Part shown: in pieces, positions 12,032-23,675 of the stretch
Numbering within the stretch: the stretch's first letter is position 1
Layout: each line of letters begins with the position of its first letter
NCBI GenBank assembly: GCA_045159875.1
Contig: CP067995.1
Span: forward strand, 768,001 to 832,000
Direction of reading: 5' to 3'
Length of the DNA stretch: 64,000 bases
DNA from: a cyanobacterium endosymbiont of Rhopalodia gibba
GTDB taxonomy: Bacteria > Cyanobacteriota > Cyanobacteriia > Cyanobacteriales > Microcystaceae
Notes under the pieces: generated by a model
Seen by the model: only the letters and a program-made list of their open reading frames with translations
Database searches by the model: none
What the model was told of the DNA's origin: nothing
Made by a program: the position numbers and the translations under genes

Positions 12032-13050
12032 AGTTTATTATTAATGACTGAGGTATTAATAAATAATTTTAATTTACTTTGTCTGATCTGTTTATTTAAA
12101 TTTTAAAACAGTCAAAATAGTAAGATTTTTCTAAAACAAAATTCACATAACGACCTTAAGTAAGATTATCAAAAATTATTTAATTACATTAATGTCGTTC
12201 ACACAATTATATTTTAGCATTGCAAGAATGATACCATATTTTTTCTTAAAAAAGATAATATTTTTATCATAATTGCTAAAATAAGAGTTTGCTTGAGATC
12301 AATTTATCATCTATTATACAGATATCGAATGACTAATCCTTTATCTTTATTAATTGGTAAAATCCAAAAGGATAAATAGAATTATCGATAATTTTAGTAT
12401 GTGTGACATTATCGTATTAATGCTAATTAAAGGTGAAAAATTACTACTGTTAGAGCTGTTTTAGCAAAAAAATAACTAATTTATAAATGACTTTGTTCAG
12501 ATTCTAGTTGTAACAGTAGATCTTTAAAATAAATGGTGTTCGTACAAACTTTTTCCGATGATAATCCTATCTTAGAAAATTTACCTAGTAAATATCAACT
12601 TCCTCTTTGGAGAAAGTCAAATAGATGTGAGTTTCTCCAGAAGCAATTAAAGTATCAGGCAATTATAGAGATTTTTTCGGAGATTATAGTATCAATGAAG
12701 TGATTTCTCTGTTGGATAAACAATTGTAGTGTCGTAGACAATTCAATGTTGATTTGAATGTTCATTAAAAATAACTAAAAAATCATTATTTTCTAAATTA
12801 CTTTACTTGTAAAGCTAGAAAATTACCTTTTAACAATTTGGCAATTATTAGTTTATATGAGAAGTGTAGATATTATTTTACCTATTGAATTAACTCGAAA
12901 TAGATGAGAGAAACTTCTAACAGTTCGAGAGTTTTTACAGATAGCGGTATAAATTTTAAAATCGAGAATTTATTAGAAATTAATTCTTCTCAAATAAGCG
13001 TAATGATTAAATTATTCATTATTAATATTTAGTATTAATCATGGATGTTG

Positions 13051-13089
13051 TTAAATCAAGGTAAATTTGAAAAATTTACCTTGATTTAA
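13051..13089. repeat. perfect inverted repeat, 18-bp arms, 3-nt spacer
   Basis: TTAAATCAAGGTAAATTT-gaa-AAATTTACCTTGATTTAA. Confidence 0.9.
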
Positions 13090-13472
13090 GTAGTATATGA
13101 CTTTCTAGTTAGTATTGTTTACTATTATATTTCTTATTTACTAAAGCCTTATAGAGGAGTTACATCTTAATAAATTATATTAAGTATATGTCGTCTAGGA
13201 TAAATAAAACAATCACTATTTATTGGACAAACTAAAAATTAATTACACACAAACAAGATCGTTAAAAAATTAATATATTCACTTTTATAAACTCTTTTAA
13301 ATAAACAATTTTTCCATTTTTTTTATAAAATTTTGACTAAAAAATAGCATATTTTGTAAATTCAAACTTATCAATTTATAGGGTTTCTTTTTTTAAAAAA
13401 TCCTAGTCACGAACTAAATTTTTAAATATCTCGGAAAATAATTATGGATTAAATATTGAGATCCGACGACAA

Positions 13473-13523
13473 AATATCTAATATAGAAATATAAGTATCG
13501 TATATATTTCTATATTAGATATT
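13473..13523. repeat. perfect inverted repeat, 21-bp arms, 9-nt spacer
   Basis: AATATCTAATATAGAAATATA-agtatcgta-TATATTTCTATATTAGATATT. Confidence 0.9.
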
Positions 13524-13692
13524 GGCTTGTAAAAATTACGATGACTATCTGTCATCTTTTCTCTATTCATTAATTTTTTACTCTTTATTCTTATCGATAA
13601 GTTTACATTTTAGATAGTCCATATTTGATAAATTTAGCTAGGAAATATGTGACTTATAGAAGCTATGTATCATACTAATTCTCTAATTTTTT

Positions 13693-14466
13693 TTATTTGT
13701 GAATTAACCGATTAGCGGTTCGTAAAATTTGTCCAGCTAAAATCGCAGCCCCAAAGCCATTATCAATATTCACTACCCCAATCCCTGCTGCACAAGAATT
13801 AAGCATTGTCAATAATGGGGAAACTCCCCCAAAATTTACCCCATAACCTACACTAGTTGGAACTCCAATTACTGGACAGTTAACCATTCCGGCTACCACG
13901 CTAGGTAAAGTCCCTTCCATCCCTGCCACCACAATCAACACATCTGCTTGGTTGATCAACTCACGGTGACTTAATAGACGATGAATACCTGCTATTCCCA
14001 CATCCCACAACCGTTGTACCTCAAGCCCGCAAAGTTGTGCAGTAATGGCAGTCTCTTCAGCTACGGGTAAATCCGCTGTTCCCGCTGTAAGAACCCCAAC
14101 TACTCCCAATCCGATCGAGGGGATTTCGGAGGTTTTTAAGGCACAAATACGAGCTACTGGATAGTAAATTAAATTAGGTACTTGGTCTTCAAGTTGTGCG
14201 GCCACCGTTGCTTCAATACGAGTTGCCATAACCACAGGAGAATGACATGCCATCGTGAGCATAATTTGAGCAATTTGTTCAGGGGTTTTTCCTGGACCCC
14301 AAATAACTTCAGGAAACCCTGTTCTTAAATAACGATGATGATCAATTTTTGCAAACTCATCAACCGATTCAAAACTGAAATATTTTAGCTTTTCTAACCC
14401 TTGATTAGGACTAACTTCTCCCGTGGCGATCGCTTGCAAAAGAGACCGAAGTGCATCTGGATTCAT
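13693..14466 (-). CDS. larB: LarB/CpmA family AIR-carboxylase-like protein
   Basis: AKIDHHR..RTGFPEVIWGPGKT, TAGTADLPVAEE, VVAGMEG, PTSVGYG, VVNIDNGFGAA. Confidence 0.9.
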   Translation of the reverse strand: MNPDALRSLLQAIATGEVSPNQGLEKLKYFSFESVDEFAKIDHHRYLRTGFPEVIWGPGKTPEQIAQIMLTMACHSPVVMATRIEATVAAQLEDQVPNLIYYPVARICALKTSEIPSIGLGVVGVLTAGTADLPVAEETAITAQLCGLEVQRLWDVGIAGIHRLLSHRELINQADVLIVVAGMEGTLPSVVAGMVNCPVIGVPTSVGYGVNFGGVSPLLTMLNSCAAGIGVVNIDNGFGAAILAGQILRTANRLIHK

Positions 14467-14792
14467 GGTCTTAAATTTTCCTTGAATTATTAACTATTTC
14501 AATTATTGAATACGATTCATAGGCTAACCAATTTTATAGACTTTTTCTACAATTACCTCCCTAGGTAAAAATCACAAAAACAACAGTATAGACTCTCATT
14601 TTAATAGAATTCTAACACTAAGTAATCATTAGAATCAGTTAATTGAGGGCTAAATCGATATCGAAGCAGTTCAGGAATGTAAAGTTCATTCAAAGGATAA
14701 TTTTTAAGCAAACTTTCTAAGTAACCACAAGAAGATCCTCTCCAGACTTTCCGAACACTAGCTTTAATAGTTTCTGATTTGGGAAAAACAAC

Positions 14793-14824
14793 AATATTCC
14801 CATACTGAAATATTCCCATACTGA
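14793..14824. repeat. perfect 16-bp tandem duplication
   Basis: AATATTCCCATACTGA x2. Confidence 0.9.
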
Positions 14825-14982
14825 AAAACATAGTTAGGGATATTACTTACGAACAATACCCTAACTCGTAAAGTTGGTTTCATAAATTCACCAAATTCTC
14901 AAATTGTTGATTAATCCATTGGCATACTTGAATGTTGTACCTTTAGTGAGAGATCAACCAGAAAAATATTGACTGAGCAAAT

Positions 14983-15024
14983 AATACAGTTGAGGGCTAT
15001 ATGCATTAGTCCCTCAACTGTATT
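14983..15024. repeat. inverted repeat, 14-bp perfect arms
   Basis: AATACAGTTGAGGG...CCCTCAACTGTATT with a partly self-complementary centre. Confidence 0.85.
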
Positions 15025-15404
15025 CCCATTTACCACAATAATATTTCATAAGGACATCGATATTGAAATAACTTAATTTCCTAGAAACATAATCGCTCGC
15101 AGAAGATCTTCTTCATAAAACTGTCCCATATCTGAGAAAAATATCTGTAGGATTCACAGCTAAACAACTAAGGATATTTATCAATATTTAAAGCTCGAGA
15201 TACTTATAGCAGTTATTTTACTTAAGAAATACACTAAGTTTTAGTAGTAGCCAGAAGGCAAGAGTAATAAGTCAGAGGGCATTTCCTAAACCCAAGAAAA
15301 ACTATGTATTCAGTTTCTACTAAAAAAAAATAATTGTTCTTAATTTTCAACATCTAACTTAGAAATATTTGAGATGATAACTTATGCATAACTTACGACA
15401 AAAG

Positions 15405-16820
15405 TTAAGGTTGATTTGATAAATGGGGTAAGGCTTGCTGAATAAAGTTTTGGACCAGAGCAGTGTGTTTATTTTTTTCGAATACCTTCCTTATTTTTAG
15501 AGGAAATTGAGTTAAATCTATTTCCCCTATTGCCGATGAATTAAGGTCTTGCTCTTGGAAATATTCCACTAAACTTAATCCAGCTAAACGAGTCAAATAG
15601 GCGGCACTTATTGCCTGAAGTGTTCCCCCAGCAATATAGGTAATAGCATTATTTTTGAGAAAACTGCCAATAGTTTGAGTTGATAGTTCAACTAATCCTA
15701 ATTTAACTATTAATTTACCAATGGTTCCTGAAAGAGCTTGTCCTTGAGAGAAAGACAATTTCTGTTGATAAATTACTCCTAAATCTATAACTAGTTGAGA
15801 ACTAATAGCGGCGGTAGCTAACAAATCTAAAGCGGCTACCGGATTAGCAAAAGCACTGGCTGCTGCAATCCACTGATATTTTTCAATAATGGGTAGAGCA
15901 CAATCGCGTCTTATGCTATCAAGATTTACTTTGGCCTGTTGTTTAAGAGATACTGCTTCACGCCATAGACTTCCACAAACTAACATTTTCCTTTCGAATT
16001 CTAAAACAAGTTTTAAGCGATCACTCAAAGGGTTAATTTCAGGAGGTTGGGATTCAGCCCACTCCCGAATTATCCCATTCTCTTCATACTGGCGAACTTT
16101 CAGATCTTGAGGAGCCGCACTAATGGCAATAACATCGGAAGGTGCAATCATCGATTTAAGTTGTTGCCGTACTTGTTCTAGAATCAAGGCTCTTTCTTCT
16201 GGAACATACTGATCCTTTTTATTAAAAACCAGAATAAATCGTTGATGATCTCGATTACACTTTTGCAAAAATTTCCAATGAGAATTGGTTAAATCTCCGA
16301 TTATTAATAATAAAATCAGATCCGCCTTTATTTCAGGTACTTTTGTTTCTTTAAACAAAGATTCTATCTCTATAAAAGAGAGAGCATTAGAGAAATCTTG
16401 AGTTAATAATATTTGTTTTAAAGTTGTTTTCCCAACTTTTTTACCTCCTGCTAAGGCAATAGTTAGTTCTTGACGATCAAAGCCTAAAGATAATTCAGTT
16501 AATTGTTGCTTAAAGACAGAAATATCACAATCTGGTGCTTCGGTGGCTAAAGTGTTAAGGATTAGTTCTCCTTGGAGAATTACATCTCTGACCGATTGTT
16601 CAGTTAAACGTGTTACTAACAATGGTTTATTTGTCGTTTCTTTTTGTCCTTGCCGCCACCAAAACCCCAACCCCAAGGAGACTGCGCTGAGTAGTCCCCA
16701 TTCTCCTACTTCTATAATTTGCTGACTAAAACTATTATAAAACCACAATATAAATGAAATACCGACACCCGCCACTAGAATTGGCTTGTTAACTTTTTTT
16801 CCCATTATTAACCCCGTCAA
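15405..16820 (-). CDS. GTPase-like / DUF697 (YcjF-family) membrane protein
   Basis: N-terminal TMs, degenerate P-loop GGKKVGKT, NKKD, C-terminal AAASAFANPVAALDLLA DUF697 region. Confidence 0.8.
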   Translation of the reverse strand: MTGLIMGKKVNKPILVAGVGISFILWFYNSFSQQIIEVGEWGLLSAVSLGLGFWWRQGQKETTNKPLLVTRLTEQSVRDVILQGELILNTLATEAPDCDISVFKQQLTELSLGFDRQELTIALAGGKKVGKTTLKQILLTQDFSNALSFIEIESLFKETKVPEIKADLILLLIIGDLTNSHWKFLQKCNRDHQRFILVFNKKDQYVPEERALILEQVRQQLKSMIAPSDVIAISAAPQDLKVRQYEENGIIREWAESQPPEINPLSDRLKLVLEFERKMLVCGSLWREAVSLKQQAKVNLDSIRRDCALPIIEKYQWIAAASAFANPVAALDLLATAAISSQLVIDLGVIYQQKLSFSQGQALSGTIGKLIVKLGLVELSTQTIGSFLKNNAITYIAGGTLQAISAAYLTRLAGLSLVEYFQEQDLNSSAIGEIDLTQFPLKIRKVFEKNKHTALVQNFIQQALPHLSNQP

Positions 16821-16884
16821 GCAACCTTTCCTTAAGAATTATACTTTTTATAATCTATTTACTCTTTCGATGTTTTTTCCTTTC

Positions 16885-17382
16885 TCAAGATTGCCATGTC
16901 TTTTTTAACTTATCCCAAAGACCAGAAAGGGATTCTTTCATCTGTTTCTTAATACTCCAACGTTGAAAAGCTTGTTCATAAGCTTCCCCCTCTGTTTGAA
17001 AGACTTTCCATGTATCTAGAGACAGAGGCAATCCTAAGAGTAAGAGAATATACAACGACCAAGATAAAGTCCCTGAACTAAGGAAATTTATCATTAAAAA
17101 AAATCCGTTGATAATAGCATAGCGAATAGTCTTTTGTTTCAATTGTTCCTGCCTATAGCAATCGAATTCCTGCCGTTTACGTTCGATTATTTTACTATTA
17201 AGCCACTCGCGCTCAGCAGACCTAAGGGAGTCAGCATCAATGTCTAATTCAGTGGCAATTTCCCGCAGTTGCGCTCTTGACAATTTTGAACCATCGGCTG
17301 TACGAGTGATCGCTAGATGAAGAATTTCTTGGACATCATTTTGACTGTAGGATTCAGGGGGTTGCACGTTAGAAGTTGACAT
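16885..17382 (-). CDS. 2TM domain-containing protein
   Basis: YSQNDVQEILHLA, LREIATELDID, two hydrophobic helices followed by YEQAFQRW. Confidence 0.75.
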   Translation of the reverse strand: MSTSNVQPPESYSQNDVQEILHLAITRTADGSKLSRAQLREIATELDIDADSLRSAEREWLNSKIIERKRQEFDCYRQEQLKQKTIRYAIINGFFLMINFLSSGTLSWSLYILLLLGLPLSLDTWKVFQTEGEAYEQAFQRWSIKKQMKESLSGLWDKLKKTWQS

Positions 17383-17709
17383 AATTTACTTACTTTAGAC
17401 TCAACTCAGTGAACCAGCTTGTCTGACTATGATTGTCACCGGAAAATCAGCCAGGCCAAACCTCTTTAGATTCTATCTTGAATCTGAAAACAGAGAGCTA
17501 TTAACCGTTAATAACATATTCTCAAACCGAGGTTTTAATGAGCAATGAATAAATTTTGCAGAAAAAAATAGGGTTAGTTTATGATTAAAATCATAAACTG
17601 ACTGTGTGTTACACTGCTTACCATTTTTTGCATCTTAATAAAGATTTAGAATTCTTGAATATTTGTTGCTCAGTAGTTAAAATTACTTCTTAATTATGAT
17701 GCTTCTCAT

Positions 17710-17738
17710 GGCTAGAAAAATTATTAATTTTTCTAGCC
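17710..17738. repeat. perfect inverted repeat, 14-bp arms, 1-nt spacer
   Basis: GGCTAGAAAAATTA-t-TAATTTTTCTAGCC; two more 11-bp-arm IRs nearby at 17576-17599 and 17848-17873. Confidence 0.85.
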
Positions 17739-18086
17739 TAACTGTGAAAAGTCGCAATAGAAAACCACCCAAAGTTTCTTTTTACAGGATTTCCAGGATT
17801 ACAAACACTTAACCTGTACAAAAATCAAGTCTTTAGAATTATGAAATACTTCCAAAATTCTTATTTTGGAAGTTGTTAGCTGCTAGTCTATTATTCTCAG
17901 TTCAGAAGAGCCAAATTATTTTCCGGTATGTTCCATCTTTATTGTAGAATAGTGACCTAGGAAACGCTCGAACCGTCCCTTTTGGGCGGATATATTGCTT
18001 AGTTGCAGGTGCGTTCAAGCCTTTAGAATACTTTCTCGGGGCTTCTAAGATGAATTGTAATTTTGTATAGCATTTGGAGAAAGTTA

Positions 18087-18599
18087 GTGGACTTATCCCT
18101 CATTCCAGCTCAACCTGAGCCTGGTTTAATCAACATTTTGATTGAAATTCCTGCAGGCAGTAAAAATAAATATGAGTTTAACAAAGCTCTTAATGCCTTT
18201 GCGCTAGATCGCGTCCTTTATTCGTCGGTTCAGTATCCTTGTGATTATGGATTTATCCCTAACACTTTAGCTAACGATGGTGATCCTCTCGACGGAATGG
18301 TGTTAATGGATCAACCGACTTTTCCCGGGTGTGTCATTACTGCCCGTCCTATTGGTCTATTAGAAATGCTCGATGGCGGTGATCGTGATGAAAAAATTCT
18401 TTGCGTTCCCGATCAAGATCCCCGCTACATTCAGATTAAATCGCTCAAGGATGTTGCTCCTCATCGCTTGTATGAAATTGCTGAATTTTTCCGTACCTAC
18501 AAAAATTTGGAGAAGAAAGTAACAGAAATTCTTGGATGGAAGGATATTGAGGCTGTCCTTCCTCTTGTTGAAGAATGTGTGAAAGCTGGAAGTAAATAA
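18087..18599 (+). CDS. ppa: inorganic pyrophosphatase (family I)
   Basis: DGDPLD motif, NKYE, YGFIPNT; GTG start at 18087 with GGAG RBS upstream. Confidence 0.95.
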   Translation: MDLSLIPAQPEPGLINILIEIPAGSKNKYEFNKALNAFALDRVLYSSVQYPCDYGFIPNTLANDGDPLDGMVLMDQPTFPGCVITARPIGLLEMLDGGDRDEKILCVPDQDPRYIQIKSLKDVAPHRLYEIAEFFRTYKNLEKKVTEILGWKDIEAVLPLVEECVKAGSK

Positions 18600-19619
18600 C
18601 TTCTAAAAACTTCAGCTCAAACTTGGTGATCTATCGATACTCCCCGCCCATAGGAGGTGTAGGGTTTGTTTAACTACAAACCCTTATAAAGCATAATATT
18701 TCATTGATTAACTTTGTTATATTGCTCCAATAAATCCCTTATTTTTTAAGAAAAATAGGACAAACTTTTCATGTTCTAGCATAATTCAATTTCCTCAAAA
18801 AGAAATAATTTTATAAAAAATATGAGAGTTATTAATAACTTGTACTTTTACTCTTTTTAGAGGAGGAATACTCTCGATATTTTTTATCTTTAAGTCGTTA
18901 AGTTTACTAGGATAAGTTACAACAAATTTTCCCAATAACTAAGACTGAACTTAAAGTTGTCTTAAATTATTTTATCAAAGTATGTCAATAGCTGTAAGAG
19001 TGTGTTTTAAGTTCCATTGAATTTTAAGATTTAAAGTATGTAAAAATCATTGTTTACTTGGATTCTCCCGCCTTCTGATTTATCATTGCGAGATATTAAA
19101 TGTAGCTAATATTTTGAGTTAGTTTTTATGCTGTTATCTAAGTTAATAAGATAATTATTTTTATTTTATGTCTTATATCTTGAAGTATAATTTCTCTTAA
19201 AGAGTCAAGATAAGAGGGTAATATTTCTATCATGAAGGATAATGATTAGATTAAAAAGTAAATTAAGTACACTATTTACGGATATAAGTTATTCCATTAC
19301 CCCATGAGCTGTTTATTTTTATCTTGTGAAGGATATATTAAACTCTTTAAATCTACCTAAAAATTTGCGATTATTGTAGTCTAAATTGAGAAACATGGAA
19401 AACAATTAATAATCCAAGTATTAATATTATCTTTAATATTTGAAATTTTTTTTAATGACTTTCATTCTTTTTCTTCTTTCTAAACTGCTAGTGATTTCAA
19501 ATAAATGTTATTGAGCGAGGGAACTTATCACAATAAATTCTATCTATAGCTAACTTTTTTTCAGTATATCATTATATAATTCAATTATACTAAACTAATG
19601 TCAACATTAAGTAAAGACA

Positions 19620-19658
19620 CTCTAGAGTTAAAAGATAGTCAATTTTTTAACTCTAGAG
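19620..19658. repeat. inverted repeat, 14-bp arms
   Basis: CTCTAGAGTTAAAA...TTTTAACTCTAGAG. Confidence 0.8.
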
Positions 19659-21719
19659 ATTTTTTCTTTGATTAGCTTTAATTCATTATCAATATTTGTT
19701 ATTTTTCACTTTTTAAAAATAACAATATTTTCTAGGATTATACACTGAGTTATTTCATGAATTTTAAATAAATATTATTGAATAGTTCTGATATTTATTG
19801 TGTTTTTTTATTAAAATTGGTCTATTAATTTTATAATTAGTGTCTTTTCCAAAAGACTAATGATAGTCTATACACCTGGTTAAGTTCAACTTTATATTCT
19901 TTACAGAAAGTTACTGAATTATTAAATTTAAGTTCAATATTTTTTTGACTTATTGCCAGCTTTTTCTCAGTACTTTTTTCTCTAATTTTAGATTAGACAT
20001 TTAAACATCTAATTGGTTAATATTTATTTCTTTTATTACATAAAATTTTATAGTATATCAATACTATAAAATTTTTCTGAGCTTATTTACAATCTTTTTT
20101 CAAAAATTAGACTAACTACTTTACTCTCTCTCTGATTTTTCTTATTTATATAATTTCTACACTTATTCTTTTATATAAATTTATCAAAAATAAATAATAA
20201 ATATCGTAGTTTTAATAAATATTCTTTTTTGAAAGTTAGTTAACCTATTTATTGAATTTATTTTGATATTGATTACATCTCATTCAACGATAGTTAATTC
20301 TAAGATAGATATGTTTCTATTCTTAGAAAAAATCTCTAATATAATATTTATTATTGTAATGAAGTTTCCTGGTAGTTGAACTATTCTAAAGATAAGTAGC
20401 TGTTAGGTATATATCTCCGAAAAAATAAATTATTTCTGTTTAATTTAAGATTTTATAATGTGTATCGGTCAGTATTTTAAAATTTAAAATCTCATTTATT
20501 AAACTAAGTTGAAATTAAGTATCAAGTATAAATAAAGTAAAGATGTTTAGTTTAGCATAATCTAATTTAAATAGAAAGCCTGTAAAAATACTATTTATAT
20601 AGTAGCCATTACTTTTTTAAGTTTATTATTGATAATTAAATTTTGTCTTTGTCAGTAAAATTTTTACCTAATAGATTCAGTAGGAGTAAATATCTAGAGC
20701 AATTATGGTTTAATTTCTGGTAAATCATAACTTATTTTCCTAATAAAAGAGGAAATAAAATGATTGAGTAAACCTAGAAAAAATAGAAAAGTTAAATATA
20801 TGTGGTCTCTCAGAGATAAGAAAGTGGTTTAAATATAGACTAGCTTTAAATAGTTTCTTAGGTGATTTTTACATTAAATTAATGGAAGAGTAACCTAAAA
20901 AAACTAAAAAAAGGTTGAATAATTTTTATTCAGTAACAATGGTAGTTGAAGATCAAGGACTTATTCATAGCAGTTGCACTAAAAAAGAAGTATAAAAAAA
21001 ATAGTAAAAGTACAGTTTATATACCTTTATTGTTACTCACTTATTGGCTCAAAATTAAATATGATTAAGAGCTAAATACAAAAAATAGAAGAAGATTAAT
21101 TGACCAGTATAATCTTGAAATATCAACATTAATAAACCATGGCACTAAAAAAAATTGAATCACACTCAAGACTAAATACGCTGGAAATAAAAATATTTCT
21201 TGTTAAAAATATAAAGATTAAAAAAGTTAATTAACTAGAAACTAAACGAAAAAGTTTAAATACTATTCAACAGCCTAAAAATTAGTGTTGAATCTAAACT
21301 AACCAATATTTCTATTAATTTTTAGCCTTCTAGACTAAGAAATATTCCTATTCTTGAAATGTAAATTGACAGTTTTTTTCTTTTCTTAATAGTTTTTATT
21401 ATAGATAAAGTCAGACTTTCAGCCTTTATTTATTAATATATTGTCATAGCTAGTTCAGAAGAACTATTAATTTAAGCTTGCATAAGACAGTATACTTTAG
21501 TTTTCAAGATCAAATCAAAACTCTAAGTCAATGGCAAAATCAATATCATCAAAGCGGTCCAGCCATTAGTAATCTCGTATGAGAAGTCAAACTAGGCAAA
21601 CTAGGCGATCGTACTCTACTAAGCTTCTTGTCTACTCTAATCTTCTGTTATCGTTAAGGGTCAAAGTGAATTAATATTGATCTCAAGTATTGTCAACGTT
21701 ACTATTAGCATTCAAGGCT

Positions 21720-22076
21720 ATGCTCTTAAAGTCTACTACTCGTCATATTCGTCTTTATACAGCTGAAGTTAAAAACAGCGAACTGGTTCCTAGTGATAAT
21801 GTTTTAACTCTTGATATCGATCCCGATAATGAATTCAATTGGAGTGAAGATTCACTGCAGAAGGTTTATCGAAAATTTGATGTCTTGGTGGAATCCTACA
21901 GTGGAGAAGATTTAACTGACTATAATCTCCGTCATATTGGCTCAAATTTGGAACATTTTATTCGTTCTCTGCTGCAAAAAGGAGATATTAGTTATAATCT
22001 TGGAAGTCGTGTTCTTAACTATAGTATGGGACTCCCTAAAATAGAAAGTCCAGAGACTGAAGGGAATTATAATTAA
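21720..22076 (+). CDS. ndhM: NDH-1 subunit M
   Basis: [33 protein letters not shown]; start moved to ATG at 21720. Confidence 0.95.
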   Translation: MLLKSTTRHIRLYTAEVKNSELVPSDNVLTLDIDPDNEFNWSEDSLQKVYRKFDVLVESYSGEDLTDYNLRHIGSNLEHFIRSLLQKGDISYNLGSRVLNYSMGLPKIESPETEGNYN

Positions 22077-22138
22077 TTCTTAACTTCGGCTCAAGCTGAT
22101 AGGGATTCTAGACAGATACTAGCCAATGGCTCGAACGA

Positions 22139-22193
22139 CAGACCGTATTCTTTTCCCCACCTGTCAGCTTGCTGGGGAAGAGAATACGGTCTG
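22139..22193. repeat. long near-perfect hairpin between convergent ndhM and matrixin genes (possible terminator)
   Basis: CAGACCGTATTCTTTTCCCCA...TGGGGAAGAGAATACGGTCTG with one G-U pair. Confidence 0.7.
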
Positions 22194-22517
22194 ATTGGGA
22201 ACAGCCGAACTATGCTATGCTACGCTTTTTCAAATTAAGTTATGATACAAGCAAGGTACTCCTTTTAACCGTGAAGGTAATTTGATAACTACTTGGCGAC
22301 GGTCTCATCTTAATTGGTACAGCTGATGGCAGTATTCCGAAATCAGAATCAGTATCTAGGAGTAGGTAACGTCTCTTTAAGTATCTCTTGTCAAAACTAA
22401 ACATTTAGTCACGAGCTTAGAAACTAGCGCGATCAGAAGTGGACAGTCGAACTTTTCAACGCAGTCCATAAAATGGGTATGAAAGTGGATAGGATGCATC
22501 AGTTGAAAGTTTACTTG

Positions 22518-23321
22518 TTAGGGCAATTTCCATCCTAATCTCGTAGGTTGCTGATAGATTTTTTTGAGTGTATTAACATCCCTTACAGAAATAGGAGAAA
22601 GACTGCGGACTTGAGAAAAATATAAAGCATCGGTTTCTTGATCGCTGTGTCCCCAAATTCCCAACCCGTGGCCAAGTTCATGGCGGGAGGCTGATAAGAT
22701 CGATAATTTACTTAAACCGGGACTAATCTTAATAGTCATACGATGGCGCAGAATAGGAGAATTATCCTGAGTCAGATAAAAATTATAACTAGTTTGGGCT
22801 GATCGCGCCCTAGGGATTTTTAGTTGTCCAGTTTCGGAGTCAAAGCTGGCATCTAAGGGAGGCTCAGTTCTTTCAATGACAATATCTGCTAGTTGTGGAT
22901 CTTTTACTTCTACTAGGGGTAAAAAATCTTGCCACTCTGTGATCGCCTCCATAACAGCGTCTACCCACTGTCGAAAACGACGGGTACTTGCAGCGGCAGG
23001 ATCATTCAGATTAGTAGGACGATCCAAATAGAATTTTATAGGAAATTGCGACCAAATTAAATAGCCTGCAGGACTCAATGATATTTGGTCGAAATAATCC
23101 CCTGAGTCTTTTGGATCTTGCCACTCAACTAGGGTTAAGGGTAGAGAATGTGGTTGTAAAGGAGGTAAGGATTTTTCTAAGTCATCCCTTTGGGCATTCA
23201 AGGGTTGACTTAGAAATACGACTAACATAGCCATCCAGGTCATGCCCAACAAAAAAGGACATTTCCGATATTTCCACAAAAAACCTTTTCTTTGATTGAA
23301 AATATTAGTTATCCGTTGCAT
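22518..23321 (-). CDS. matrixin-family Zn metallopeptidase
   Basis: HELGHGLGIWGHS zinc motif, ISVRDVNTLKKIYQQPTRLGW; signal-like segment; true start may be downstream. Confidence 0.85.
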   Translation of the reverse strand: MQRITNIFNQRKGFLWKYRKCPFLLGMTWMAMLVVFLSQPLNAQRDDLEKSLPPLQPHSLPLTLVEWQDPKDSGDYFDQISLSPAGYLIWSQFPIKFYLDRPTNLNDPAAASTRRFRQWVDAVMEAITEWQDFLPLVEVKDPQLADIVIERTEPPLDASFDSETGQLKIPRARSAQTSYNFYLTQDNSPILRHRMTIKISPGLSKLSILSASRHELGHGLGIWGHSDQETDALYFSQVRSLSPISVRDVNTLKKIYQQPTRLGWKLP

Positions 23322-23414
23322 CAGCTTACAATCTAGACAAGAAAAGAGTTTTTACTTCAGATTTCCACTCCCTTAGTTAACCGACTCTCAACGTTAAAAC
23401 AGTCTGGTTATCTA

Positions 23415-23651
23415 CTAAGACGGATTTAACCATCCTGCACTCAAAACAATAGTTAGGGCAATAAAAACCGTACTTAACGTCCATGTAATTTGATTGAGAG
23501 TTTTTTCAGCACTTTTAGCACTAGTGAACAATTGCGCTTGTCCTCCAATACCCCCAATACCGTCCCCTTTGGGACTATGTAAAAGGACAGAGACAATCAA
23601 CAAAGCAGCAGAAACCACCCAAATAACTTGTAGTAGTTGTCGAAAATTCAT
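23415..23651 (-). CDS. secG: preprotein translocase subunit SecG
   Basis: VLLHSPKGDGIGGIGG..LFTSAKSAEKTLNQITW; follows gpmI as in other cyanobacteria. Confidence 0.95.
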   Translation of the reverse strand: MNFRQLLQVIWVVSAALLIVSVLLHSPKGDGIGGIGGQAQLFTSAKSAEKTLNQITWTLSTVFIALTIVLSAGWLNPS

Positions 23652-23675
23652 AAAGATTCAATGATAACGAAACAG

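Larger units (their letters stand above)
14490..15230 (-). pseudogene. unidentified degraded gene containing a 16-bp tandem duplication and a palindrome
   Basis: Coding-like fragments (ORF 14601-14831; SYRYFFSDMGQFYEEDLLRAIMFL) separated by stops; family not recognised. Confidence 0.35.

Noticed and set aside
22090..22510. Relatively GC-rich stretch between ndhM and the matrixin gene
   Set aside because: Probably a relic gene, but no family or RNA could be assigned
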